41,098 nt of DNA from a virus. The stretch lies in UHGV virus genome UHGV-0386433; one strand, given 5' to 3'. The position numbers and the translations under genes are program-made. How positions within the stretch are numbered: the first letter of the stretch is position 1; each line of letters begins with the position of its first letter. Shown here one piece after another: positions 1 through 7,547 of the stretch. The notes under the pieces were generated by a model, which made no database searches, was not told the DNA's origin, and saw nothing but the letters and a program-made list of their open reading frames with translations.

Positions 1-344
1 ATGTAAAGGAAAAGGATAATGTAAAGGATAATATTAAAAAAACATTTATCCCACCTTCGGTGTCAGATGTATCTGATTATTGCGAATTGAATAGATATGG
101 TGTTGACCCAGAGAGTTTTGTTGATTTTTATGCATCGAAAGGATGGATGGTTGGAAAGAACAAGATGAAGGACTGGAAAGCCTCGGTAAGAACTTGGGCT
201 AGAAGCCAGCGGCAGGAATTGACCGCCAAAAGCAGCAAAAACCAGTTCCATAATTTCGACCAGAGGGACACAGACTATGATGCCTTGATGTTAAAACAGG
301 TAAAAGGCTGGGTAGGGGAGGAACCGCATGATGGAAATACATAA
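1..344 (+). CDS. Replisome organizer, C-terminal half (5' partial). Reading frame is open from window start; DnaD/phage-replisome-organizer C-terminal-like motif (KGWMVGKNKMKDWKASVRTWA). Continues in frame from 40783..41098 if the genome is circular.
   Basis: No stop from nt 3 to the TAA at 342-344. The C-terminal motif resembles DnaD-like or Phg_2220_C domains. An 18-nt tandem repeat at the window ends joins in frame with the N-terminal ORF at 40783. Confidence 0.5.
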   Translation, partial: VKEKDNVKDNIKKTFIPPSVSDVSDYCELNRYGVDPESFVDFYASKGWMVGKNKMKDWKASVRTWARSQRQELTAKSSKNQFHNFDQRDTDYDALMLKQVKGWVGEEPHDGNT

Positions 345-495
345 ACGGATACTTGATTATATCAAACTCTATATGTCCGAACATAACTATCCTCCTACTA
401 CAAGAGAAATAGGGGATGGGGTTGGGTATACGTCCAGCTCCACCGTATGGGGATATTTACGTGATATGAGGGAGATGTACTTGATTGCCAGATAA
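328..495 (+). CDS. Small standalone LexA N-terminal DNA-binding-domain-like protein (55 aa; MEIHKRILDYIKLYMSEHNYPPTTREIGDGVGYTSSSTVWGYLRDMREMYLIAR).
   Basis: Not in the ORF track (<60 aa). ATG at 328/331 overlaps the stop of the upstream gene. Matches the LexA winged-helix pattern (G.PPT.REI....G..S.S.V...L..L...G.I.R). No peptidase S24 domain follows. Confidence 0.5.
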   Translation: MMEIHKRILDYIKLYMSEHNYPPTTREIGDGVGYTSSSTVWGYLRDMREMYLIAR

Positions 496-676
496 TAAAA
501 TAAAAAATCAATACAGTGATAATTCGGAACGCCAAAGAATGGCAGCGATTAAGGACATGGAGAAATATCTATCACCCATGACTAAGGCATTTCTACGACC
601 GGCATATGATAGGACTGAAATATGTCCTGATTTTTCTAGGAGGCCAAGTAACCTAAACACGTATTTAGGAGATTAA
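485..676 (+). CDS. Hypothetical protein (TTG start; possibly shorter from ATG 540).
   Basis: ORF with protein-like composition, no clear RBS. Confidence 0.25.
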   Translation: MPDNKIKNQYSDNSERQRMAAIKDMEKYLSPMTKAFLRPAYDRTEICPDFSRRPSNLNTYLGD

Positions 677-716
677 TAATTTCCATAATCAATATATTTT
701 GGAAAGGATATGCAAT

Positions 717-1064
717 ATGAAAATGAAAGATTTGGCACTGTTATATGGTATGAGCGTTTCGGAACTGTGTGAACGTACTGGATATACCAGACAGGGACTT
801 AACCGGATTCTAAGGAGTGATAAAGTTGTATATCCAGAACGCTTCCGAAATGCTCTTTATCAACTGTTGGTTGTGTCAAACAATATTGAACTGAAAGAGG
901 TCGATACAGCTCATGAGAGGTCACAGGAACGATTTCAGATATTGGATAAATTGGCAGGGAGTAAGGGCGTGCAGTGGAAACCAAGCCAGGCTCCGTTTGA
1001 TGATTCGCCGGAAGGCATTTTAAAGCGGGTAGGCACGTATTTAGTGGAGGAGGCAGAGGGATGA
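717..1064 (+). CDS. Hypothetical HTH DNA-binding protein (MKMKDLALLYGMSVSELCERTGYTRQGLNRIL...).
   Basis: RBS GGAAAGGA 8 nt before ATG 717. N-terminal helix-turn-helix-like segment. Confidence 0.5.
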   Translation: MKMKDLALLYGMSVSELCERTGYTRQGLNRILRSDKVVYPERFRNALYQLLVVSNNIELKEVDTAHERSQERFQILDKLAGSKGVQWKPSQAPFDDSPEGILKRVGTYLVEEAEG

Positions 1065-1231
1065 ATCGAATAAGGTGTTTTTTAACTGGTGGTCATAGAT
1101 TCCATCCGGGTAAAACCGAAATAGACTGTGATGATGAAAGCAAAACCTGCAAAGTAACAGAAACCTGCTGCAAATGTGGAAAAAAGTTTTCGTTTACGGC
1201 GACATATAAGCAGTTTGGAATGCCAGATTAG
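1061..1231 (+). CDS. Small Cys-rich hypothetical protein (56 aa; CxxxC...CCKCGKK).
   Basis: ATG overlaps the upstream stop (ATGA). Multiple Cys residues suggest a zinc-ribbon-like fold. Confidence 0.4.
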   Translation: MNRIRCFLTGGHRFHPGKTEIDCDDESKTCKVTETCCKCGKKFSFTATYKQFGMPD

Positions 1232-1308
1232 TAACTTAAATCGTAATTTTAAAAACTAAGGAAGGAGCCGTTCCCCGGCCGGGAAAGTGTACACGGAACC
1301 TTTTGACA

Positions 1309-1911
1309 ATGAGAATTTTAGTAGCATGTGAGGAATCACAGGCAGTTACCGTAGAGCTGCGGAGATTGGGCCACGAAGCTTATAGCTGCGACATAGAGCC
1401 GTGTAGCGGCGGTCATCCAGAATGGCATTTACAGGTGGATGCCCTGGAACTGCTTAAGATACGTTGGGATATGATTATAGCATTTCCGCCATGCACCTAT
1501 CTGAGCAATGCCGGGGCAAAACATCTTTTTCGTGGCGGTGAGTTGAATCAAGAAAGATATGAAAAAGGGTTGGAAGCAAAAGCATTTTTCCTTAATTTCT
1601 ATAATGCGGACTGCCCTAAAATAGCAGTGGAAAATCCGGTATCCAGCAGAATTTACGAAATGCCGCCGCATACGCAAGAAATACAGCCCTGGCAGTTTGG
1701 ACATTCTGTACAGAAAAAAACACGGCTATGGCTGAAAGGGTTGCCGTTGCTTGAGCCAACAAACATTGTTGAGTATAAGTGTGGCTGTCATGAGGCAGGC
1801 ACATGGTTCATGAAGGGCGGTAAGGATAGGCAGAAAAACAGGGCTAAGACATTTCCCGGAATTGCCCGTGCAATGGCTGAACAATGGGCAGGAGTTGATA
1901 CACAAAATTAA
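1309..1911 (+). CDS. DNA (cytosine-5) methyltransferase-like protein, about 200 aa. It has PC and ENV-like motifs (FPPCTYLSNAGA, AVENPVSS) and the N-terminal pattern MRILVACEESQ, but no canonical SAM motif I is visible.
   Basis: Motifs resemble C5-MTase motifs IV (PCQ-like) and VI (ENV-like). The start is ambiguous (TTG 1303 or ATG 1309) and there is no good SD. Confidence 0.45.
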   Translation: MRILVACEESQAVTVELRRLGHEAYSCDIEPCSGGHPEWHLQVDALELLKIRWDMIIAFPPCTYLSNAGAKHLFRGGELNQERYEKGLEAKAFFLNFYNADCPKIAVENPVSSRIYEMPPHTQEIQPWQFGHSVQKKTRLWLKGLPLLEPTNIVEYKCGCHEAGTWFMKGGKDRQKNRAKTFPGIARAMAEQWAGVDTQN

Positions 1912-2002
1912 CGTTTAGGCATCTGGGGGACACATAGGAGACTGCAACCGGTAGGTCTGCTCCCCAGTGTAAGCCCTATTAACGTTTAGAGAGGTAAGTA
2001 AA

Positions 2003-2236
2003 ATGGAAAATGAGCAGAAAATGATAGGGTTTCATCATGGTGCATTAAGTGATAAATACGAAATTCAAGCTAATGAGCAAGGTTACACTTTGGGAGATGA
2101 CGCCGAACTGTTCGACAAGATAGGGTATGCCTATAATCTGCTTCGTATTCATGGATATTTGACAGACAGTCAGGCAGATATGGTGTGTAAGAAAATACAA
2201 AAGAATCTTGCAAAAACAGTTAGAAAGCTAAACTGA
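2003..2236 (+). CDS. Hypothetical protein.
   Basis: ORF with RBS (GAGAGG) upstream of ATG 2003. Confidence 0.5.
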   Translation: MENEQKMIGFHHGALSDKYEIQANEQGYTLGDDAELFDKIGYAYNLLRIHGYLTDSQADMVCKKIQKNLAKTVRKLN

Positions 2237-2268
2237 GATACACACTATTAGCGTTTAAAGGAGGGTGT

Positions 2269-2475
2269 ATGAAAAGAGAAAAGCTAGAAAAGCATTTAGG
2301 GAACATTGTGGAAATAACCTTGTTTGATGGAGATGTTATTAAAGGAGAACTACATAAAACAAGAGAAGAGCGGTTTAAAGATGACCCCAATTTGTGCGTG
2401 CCGAACAATTATTATTTTTTGATAAATCCACAATCATGTCTTTTTAAATGCTCTCATGTTAAAAAGTTAAATTAG
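2269..2475 (+). CDS. Hypothetical protein.
   Basis: ORF preceded by AAAGGAGGG. Confidence 0.5.
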   Translation: MKREKLEKHLGNIVEITLFDGDVIKGELHKTREERFKDDPNLCVPNNYYFLINPQSCLFKCSHVKKLN

Positions 2476-2508
2476 GATTTCTGGGAGAACCGAGGAAAGG
2501 AAAGAAAA

Positions 2509-2847
2509 ATGAAAACTTTAAGATTTCAGGGATATAGTGATGATACTTTTGGTGAATATGGGGTAACAAATCAGGACGTTGATAATTGCGGGAGCTGTAA
2601 GCCGATTCAGTGTTTGATTACAGCAGGGACGGCAAGCCTTCTTGTGGTAGGGCACTATACAGCAAGCCACATTAACGGAGGATGCTGGGTGATTGGATTT
2701 AGCATGGAATCAGAAGGAGATTCATTACCAGACTGGCCTATCAGGTTGGTTAATGGAGACTGTGAGTATTCGCCGGTATTAGAAATTGACGTTCCGGACC
2801 GTTTTAATTTGGAATGGTTCAGTGATTGTAGAAAAGTAGAAAATTAG
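2509..2847 (+). CDS. Hypothetical protein.
   Basis: ORF preceded by GGAAAGGAAAG. Confidence 0.5.
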   Translation: MKTLRFQGYSDDTFGEYGVTNQDVDNCGSCKPIQCLITAGTASLLVVGHYTASHINGGCWVIGFSMESEGDSLPDWPIRLVNGDCEYSPVLEIDVPDRFNLEWFSDCRKVEN

Positions 2848-2862
2848 CATTTGGAGGATGAA

Positions 2863-3015
2863 ATGGACGGACGGTTAAAAATGTTAGCGTGTTTTGGATG
2901 TCCCTACTATGATGAGTGTGAGGACGAATGGGAAGAAGGGCATAGTCACTGTGATGAGATGATGGAGAAAGCAAAAGATTTCGTTGAAAGAAAAGGCATT
3001 AATCTACAAAACTAA
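2863..3015 (+). CDS. Small Cys-rich hypothetical protein (50 aa; CFGCPYYDECEDEWEEGHSHCDE).
   Basis: Not in the track. RBS GGAGGATGAA precedes ATG 2863. Confidence 0.35.
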   Translation: MDGRLKMLACFGCPYYDECEDEWEEGHSHCDEMMEKAKDFVERKGINLQN

Positions 3016-3068
3016 CATTTGTGATAGTTGTAAGAGAACAGATAGAACATAGAGAGGAGCGTGTACAT

Positions 3069-3254
3069 ATGAAGGTAGGAGAGTATCTGAAGGAGCAGCG
3101 TGAACAGCAGGGCCTGTCCCATGCGAAGCTGGCAAAGGCCGCCGGAGTGTCTAAGCGCTCCCTTATCTATTGGGAGCAGGGCAGGGATATGAGCGTGGAG
3201 GTGGCTGATAAGGTGCTTAAGGTCCTGGGCGCAACGTATAAAATAGGTGCATGA
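3069..3254 (+). CDS. XRE-family helix-turn-helix transcriptional regulator.
   Basis: HTH_3-like sequence QQGLSHAKLAKAAGVSKRSLIYWEQG. RBS GAGGAG lies 10 nt upstream of ATG 3069. Confidence 0.65.
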   Translation: MKVGEYLKEQREQQGLSHAKLAKAAGVSKRSLIYWEQGRDMSVEVADKVLKVLGATYKIGA

Positions 3255-3327
3255 TTGTGCACCAAAACTGATATTTCCGACTAAAAAAATAAATAGAGGA
3301 ACAAATTATATGCACAGAATAAAAACT

Positions 3328-3363
3328 GAGCGGTGGACACCCGCCAAGATGACTCCACCGCTC
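3328..3363. repeat. Perfect 10-bp inverted repeat (GAGCGGTGGA ... TCCACCGCTC) with a 16-nt loop.
   Basis: Read directly from the sequence. Lies in the intergenic region upstream of the recombinase-like gene. No U-tract follows. Confidence 0.7.
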
Positions 3364-3371
3364 CCGTAAAT

Positions 3372-3403
3372 ACGTCTGAGTATATTATACCTTACTCAGA
3401 CGT
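3372..3403. repeat. Perfect 11-bp inverted repeat (ACGTCTGAGTA ... TACTCAGACGT) with a 10-nt loop.
   Basis: Read directly from the sequence. It immediately follows the first hairpin and sits 30 nt upstream of the RBS/ATG at 3435. Confidence 0.7.
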
Positions 3404-3434
3404 GAAAATCAATACGAATGAGGAGGATATAATT

Positions 3435-4220
3435 ATGAGTACACAGACAATAAAAGCCGAAATAATCAACAATGTACTGGTAGCAATGTCCTTGTATATT
3501 ATGGAGCAACAGACTCTTACCATACTGGAAAATGTAATGCAGCAAGAGCTGGTTAGAGTAAATATGGAAGAAATAACCACTCTTCCGGCAGAAAGAAAGG
3601 ATGATATAAGCCAGCGGAATCAGTACATAATACAGTTGTTCCTAGTAAAAAAACGTGATTTAGCGAGAGGGACCAAAGAAAACTATCTTAACGCCATACG
3701 AAGATTGCTGACAGAGATAAGCACAAAATCACTGGACCAGATGGACACCACAGATATTGATTGGTATTTATCGCGGTATGAAATTAGAAATGTGTCCAGT
3801 GGTGGTAAGAAAAACCAACCTAGCACTTATAATAACGAGCGCCGTTTTCTGTCAGCATTTTTTACATGGATGCGCCTTGAAAAACTTATTACAGATAATC
3901 CGGTTGAGTCAATACCAGCCAAGAAAGTCCCTCTTAAACCGATAGATTACTACAGCCCAGAAGAGTCTGCAAGGTTAAGAGATGCGTGCAAAAATATCCG
4001 TGAGAGGGCATTGCTGGAGGTTCTGCGTAGCACTGGGGCGAGAATCGGAGAGATTGCGGAAATAACCCTGGACCAGATAGACATGAGGACCGGAGATATA
4101 TGGATACAGGGAGAGAAAAGCGGAAGATATCGAACTATCTATCTTGATGATGATGCGCGGCATTATGCACAGTCTACCCCACGCACCCTTCGGTCGGTAA
4201 GGGAACGGGTTAATGTATAG
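3435..4220 (+). CDS. Tyrosine-recombinase-like protein, C-terminally truncated (262 aa). It has a SAM-like N-terminal domain and the Box I arginine (GARIGEIAEITLDQID ... GEKSGRYRTIYL) but ends before the H-x-x-R and catalytic Tyr motifs.
   Basis: Strong RBS GAGGAGG upstream of ATG 3435. The integrase Box I pattern is present. The ORF stops at 4220 and the downstream ORF (4235..) carries no HxLRH/Y motifs. Confidence 0.6.
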   Translation: MSTQTIKAEIINNVLVAMSLYIMEQQTLTILENVMQQELVRVNMEEITTLPAERKDDISQRNQYIIQLFLVKKRDLARGTKENYLNAIRRLLTEISTKSLDQMDTTDIDWYLSRYEIRNVSSGGKKNQPSTYNNERRFLSAFFTWMRLEKLITDNPVESIPAKKVPLKPIDYYSPEESARLRDACKNIRERALLEVLRSTGARIGEIAEITLDQIDMRTGDIWIQGEKSGRYRTIYLDDDARHYAQSTPRTLRSVRERVNV

Positions 4221-4234
4221 CAGGAAGGAGGATT

Positions 4235-4537
4235 ATGCGAACGAGAGACAAGAACTATAGTGATTATGGCATTACCGATGACGAAGCCAAACGCATAAAA
4301 GAATACTGCCAGACCGCCAGCATAGAGGATAAACTTACATTGTTCCAGTGTGCCATATCATCGGCTCCTGGCCTAGAAATAGAGATATACGAAAGCCTTG
4401 TGAAAAATATTGGGTATGATAGATTATGTAAAATGAGGAACATACCCATTAAGCGTGATGACTTCTATGGATACCAGCGGAAAGTGCTGGATGAATATAG
4501 GCGGTTAATGACATTGTTTGGGAGGTGGAAAGGATGA
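4235..4537 (+). CDS. Hypothetical protein.
   Basis: RBS AGGAAGGAGG precedes ATG 4235. Confidence 0.5.
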   Translation: MRTRDKNYSDYGITDDEAKRIKEYCQTASIEDKLTLFQCAISSAPGLEIEIYESLVKNIGYDRLCKMRNIPIKRDDFYGYQRKVLDEYRRLMTLFGRWKG

Positions 4538-4686
4538 TTGGTGCTGATAGCACTATACGGGTAACGGAATTTTTATATGCTTGGAGATTGGTTATAGAGG
4601 CCAGTAAAAAATTAACCGTTGAAGATATGGTAATGCTTGAAAAAATTGTGGAGGAAATGGAGGAATTAAAAAATGGAGTCAATTGA
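4534..4686 (+). CDS. Small hypothetical protein (50 aa).
   Basis: ATG overlaps the upstream stop (ATGA). Not in the track. Confidence 0.3.
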   Translation: MIGADSTIRVTEFLYAWRLVIEASKKLTVEDMVMLEKIVEEMEELKNGVN

Positions 4687-4981
4687 GAATCCAAAAGATA
4701 TAAAATTTTATAATATGGGTGGAGCTGATATTATTGTCATTGTATCACCAAATAATACTGAATCACCTTTTAATGTATTATTTAATCCAACATGGAACAA
4801 TTTTGAAGAAGGAGACAAAACATTAACGCTTGATGATATTTTTCAGCAAGTGAACAGGATATATAGAGAAGCAGTAATTTTAGTTATTGCTGAATACCCA
4901 CTAAGAGGTAATATATATCGCTATGGAAATTACGAAGGGGCAGGATGGATAGAGGTGGGAACTATGGACGGATACGCTTAA
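4673..4981 (+). CDS. Hypothetical protein in an AT-rich patch.
   Basis: ORF with RBS. Local GC is clearly lower than in flanking genes. Confidence 0.45.
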   Translation: MESIENPKDIKFYNMGGADIIVIVSPNNTESPFNVLFNPTWNNFEEGDKTLTLDDIFQQVNRIYREAVILVIAEYPLRGNIYRYGNYEGAGWIEVGTMDGYA

Positions 4982-5054
4982 ATGTGGGGACGATTTACAT
5001 TAACCACGCATGGTAAAATTAGTATAGGACTATTATAATGCATGGGGTAAAAAC

Positions 5055-5246
5055 ATGATTATTAATCTATTAAAAGAATGTTGTGAAAACTGTATTCACA
5101 TTGACGCAAAAGCAGAGAATATAGTTACATCATATAGAAACATGCGGGAATCTAATGTGGTAAAATCTACGACTGCAACTATTTGGTGTGCACACATGGA
5201 AGTATGCAAAGAATACCGTGAGGCAGAAAATAAAGATGAATCTTAG
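5055..5246 (+). CDS. Small Cys-containing hypothetical protein (63 aa).
   Basis: ORF lies 60 bp downstream of the 16-bp motif AAATGTGGGGACGATT. Confidence 0.4.
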   Translation: MIINLLKECCENCIHIDAKAENIVTSYRNMRESNVVKSTTATIWCAHMEVCKEYREAENKDES

Positions 5247-5487
5247 TTTAGTTATGAAAAAGCTTCAGCGCGCCATATTGCAGACCAGGCTTGTAATTAA
5301 GATATCTACCAGCCAATTTTACAGTGAGGAGCAGGGGCGCATGATAACCATATGGATATTAAGCACCCCTGTGCTACAGCAGGATAAGCACGGAGAGTGG
5401 AAAACAAGGGATTATGAAATACTGCGGAGTGCATCGGGGATTGAGATTGTGAAGTGCTTGCAGGAGATATGGGAGGCGATGAAGTGA
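5236..5487 (+). CDS. Hypothetical protein.
   Basis: ORF; the start choice is uncertain. Confidence 0.35.
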   Translation: MNLSLVMKKLQRAILQTRLVIKISTSQFYSEEQGRMITIWILSTPVLQQDKHGEWKTRDYEILRSASGIEIVKCLQEIWEAMK

Positions 5488-5699
5488 TGGAAAAAATAAA
5501 ATGGATTCCTATTAATGATAAATCTCCGAATGAAAATCAAAAAGTTTGGGTGACGTTAGAATATCATGGAGGGGATAGACGAATTGATAAATGTGTCTAT
5601 CGTGGTGGAAGCTTCATGAAAGATAAATATATTTCCTGTGATAACATTGTGGTTGCATGGATGCCAAGATTTGTGCCGGAACCATATAAAGAAGGGTAG
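5487..5699 (+). CDS. DUF551-like phage protein (KWIPINDKSPNENQKVWV...VVAWMPRFVPEPYK).
   Basis: Motifs W.P...P near the N-terminus and WMP.P.P near the C-terminus are typical of DUF551. ATG overlaps the upstream stop. Confidence 0.5.
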   Translation: MEKIKWIPINDKSPNENQKVWVTLEYHGGDRRIDKCVYRGGSFMKDKYISCDNIVVAWMPRFVPEPYKEG

Positions 5700-5710
5700 G
5701 ACGTGGTTAA

Positions 5711-6109
5711 GTGGAGCTTACACCAAAGCAGAAAGCGTTTGCGGATTATTACATAGAATGCGGGAATGCGGCAGAAGCTGCAAGAAAGGCTGGTTACAGC
5801 TTACGGACAGCAGACGCAATAGGGCGTGAAAACTTACGGAAGCCTACGGTTTCTGCATATATCTCTGAGCGACAGAAACAGATTGATGATTGCCGCATAG
5901 CTGATGCCGCTGAAATACTGCAATACCTTACGTCTGTAATGCGCGGAGAAGTAAAAGACCAATTCGGACTTGATGCTCCGCTGGCAGAGAGGACCAAAGC
6001 GGCGGTGGAACTGGCAAAGCGTAAAATAGATACAGACAAGAAGCAGGAGGGCGGCGGGATTACCATTGTCAACAACATACCAAGAACAGACAACAATAAA
6101 TCTGACTGA
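5711..6109 (+). CDS. terS: Terminase small subunit (P27/Terminase_2-like).
   Basis: N-terminal pattern LTPKQKAFADYYIECGNAAEAARKAGYS. Sits immediately upstream of the large subunit. Confidence 0.8.
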   Translation: MELTPKQKAFADYYIECGNAAEAARKAGYSLRTADAIGRENLRKPTVSAYISERQKQIDDCRIADAAEILQYLTSVMRGEVKDQFGLDAPLAERTKAAVELAKRKIDTDKKQEGGGITIVNNIPRTDNNKSD

Positions 6110-7325
6110 TGTAATCGCTCCTTCCTTCTATGGCGTTCATTGGGATATCCTGGACAACAATCATACATATTATGACCTTTACGGTGGGCGCGGTTCCACA
6201 AAGTCCTCTTTCATATCTGTTGAAATCATACTGGGAATGATGGATGACCCAGAGGCCAATGCGGTAGTGTTTCGTAAGTACGCCGTAACCATCGGAGAAT
6301 CAGTATTTGAACAGATACAGTGGGCCATAGACGCGCTAGGAGTAACAGATTTATGGGAATCCCGCACAAGCCCATATAGATTCGTTTATAAGCCAACGGG
6401 GCAAAAGATAATATTCCGTGGACTTGATAAGGCCAAGAAAACAAAGTCTATAAAGGCCAGTAAAGGATATTTTAAATACCTATGGTTCGAGGAACTGGAC
6501 GAATTTGCAGGACCGGAGGAAATACGAACTGTTGAACAGTCAGTATTGCGTGGCGGAAGCAAGTTTGTTGTATTTAAATCATTTAACCCTCCTATCAGTC
6601 AAAGCAACTGGGCTAATCAGTATGTAAATACGCCGGATGATAGCGCATGCAGGCATAAAAGCGATTACCGTTCTGTACCGGAAGAATGGTTAGGAGAAAT
6701 GTTTATTGAGCGCGCAGAACATCTTAAGACTACCAATGAGCGGGCATATAACCATGAGTATTTAGGATTACCTGTTGGGCTTGGTACAAATATATTTGAC
6801 ATGCTGGATATACGGACCATTACAGATGATGAAATCAAGGGATACCAAAGCGTTTACCAGGGACAGGACTGGGGATGGTTCCCGGACCCAAAAGCATTTA
6901 TCCGGGCTGCATACATACCGAACAAGGAAATGGTTGTGCTGCTTGATGAAATGGGAGGCTGCAAAATTCGTAACAGTAAGATGGCGGAGGATATACAGAC
7001 GGCTGGGTACGATGATTATACAATCTATTGCGGAGTGGATGAAGAAGAAAGCATTATAGACTTCCGTGACGCTGGTTTACCGGCCCGCAGAGCCATTGTA
7101 ACGCCAGGAAGCAGGAAATATACCTTTGAGTGGTTGCAGTGCCGTACAATCGTTATAGACCCGGCACGTACGCCACGGGCATACAAGGAAATCATAGAAT
7201 ATGAGCATGAGGTTGATAGCAATGGCGAAGTGATAGCAGATTATCCAGATGGGAACGACCACTGGATTGACGCTCTCCGTTATGCTACAAGCCCGTTGTC
7301 AATGAGAAGGGGGAACAGTGCATGA
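6066..7325 (+). CDS. terL: Terminase large subunit (PBSX/Terminase_3-like).
   Basis: Walker-A-like GGRGSTKS, ATPase and nuclease-region motifs. 419 aa between terS and portal. The start is uncertain (TTG 6066). Confidence 0.9.
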   Translation: MSTTYQEQTTINLTDVIAPSFYGVHWDILDNNHTYYDLYGGRGSTKSSFISVEIILGMMDDPEANAVVFRKYAVTIGESVFEQIQWAIDALGVTDLWESRTSPYRFVYKPTGQKIIFRGLDKAKKTKSIKASKGYFKYLWFEELDEFAGPEEIRTVEQSVLRGGSKFVVFKSFNPPISQSNWANQYVNTPDDSACRHKSDYRSVPEEWLGEMFIERAEHLKTTNERAYNHEYLGLPVGLGTNIFDMLDIRTITDDEIKGYQSVYQGQDWGWFPDPKAFIRAAYIPNKEMVVLLDEMGGCKIRNSKMAEDIQTAGYDDYTIYCGVDEEESIIDFRDAGLPARRAIVTPGSRKYTFEWLQCRTIVIDPARTPRAYKEIIEYEHEVDSNGEVIADYPDGNDHWIDALRYATSPLSMRRGNSA

Positions 7326-7543
7326 CAGAATATAGCAAAAAGCGAGTAGGACAATTTCTAAAAAAGTATGTTGATATTTCCCCTGGTCATTCATACACAG
7401 AGGAATGCGTTATACGGCAAGGAATAAATGAATTGATATCAAACTGCATCTATACACCTAAAGGATTGCAGAGACAGATATTAAAGGAACAATCGGTATT
7501 GTTACCTTTGAGCTATATTGATAATTGCGCAAGATATAGGTGA
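7322..7543 (+). CDS. Hypothetical protein.
   Basis: ORF overlaps the terL stop (ATGA). Confidence 0.4.
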   Translation: MTEYSKKRVGQFLKKYVDISPGHSYTEECVIRQGINELISNCIYTPKGLQRQILKEQSVLLPLSYIDNCARYR

Positions 7544-7547
7544 TTAA

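Noticed and set aside
3333-3434. N-terminal extension of the recombinase-like ORF back to 3333
   Set aside because: The extension runs through the two perfect hairpins and has no RBS. ATG 3435 has a strong GAGGAGG.
6775-7059. 94-aa + strand ORF inside the terminase large subunit in another frame
   Set aside because: Internal alternate frame of a strongly supported gene.
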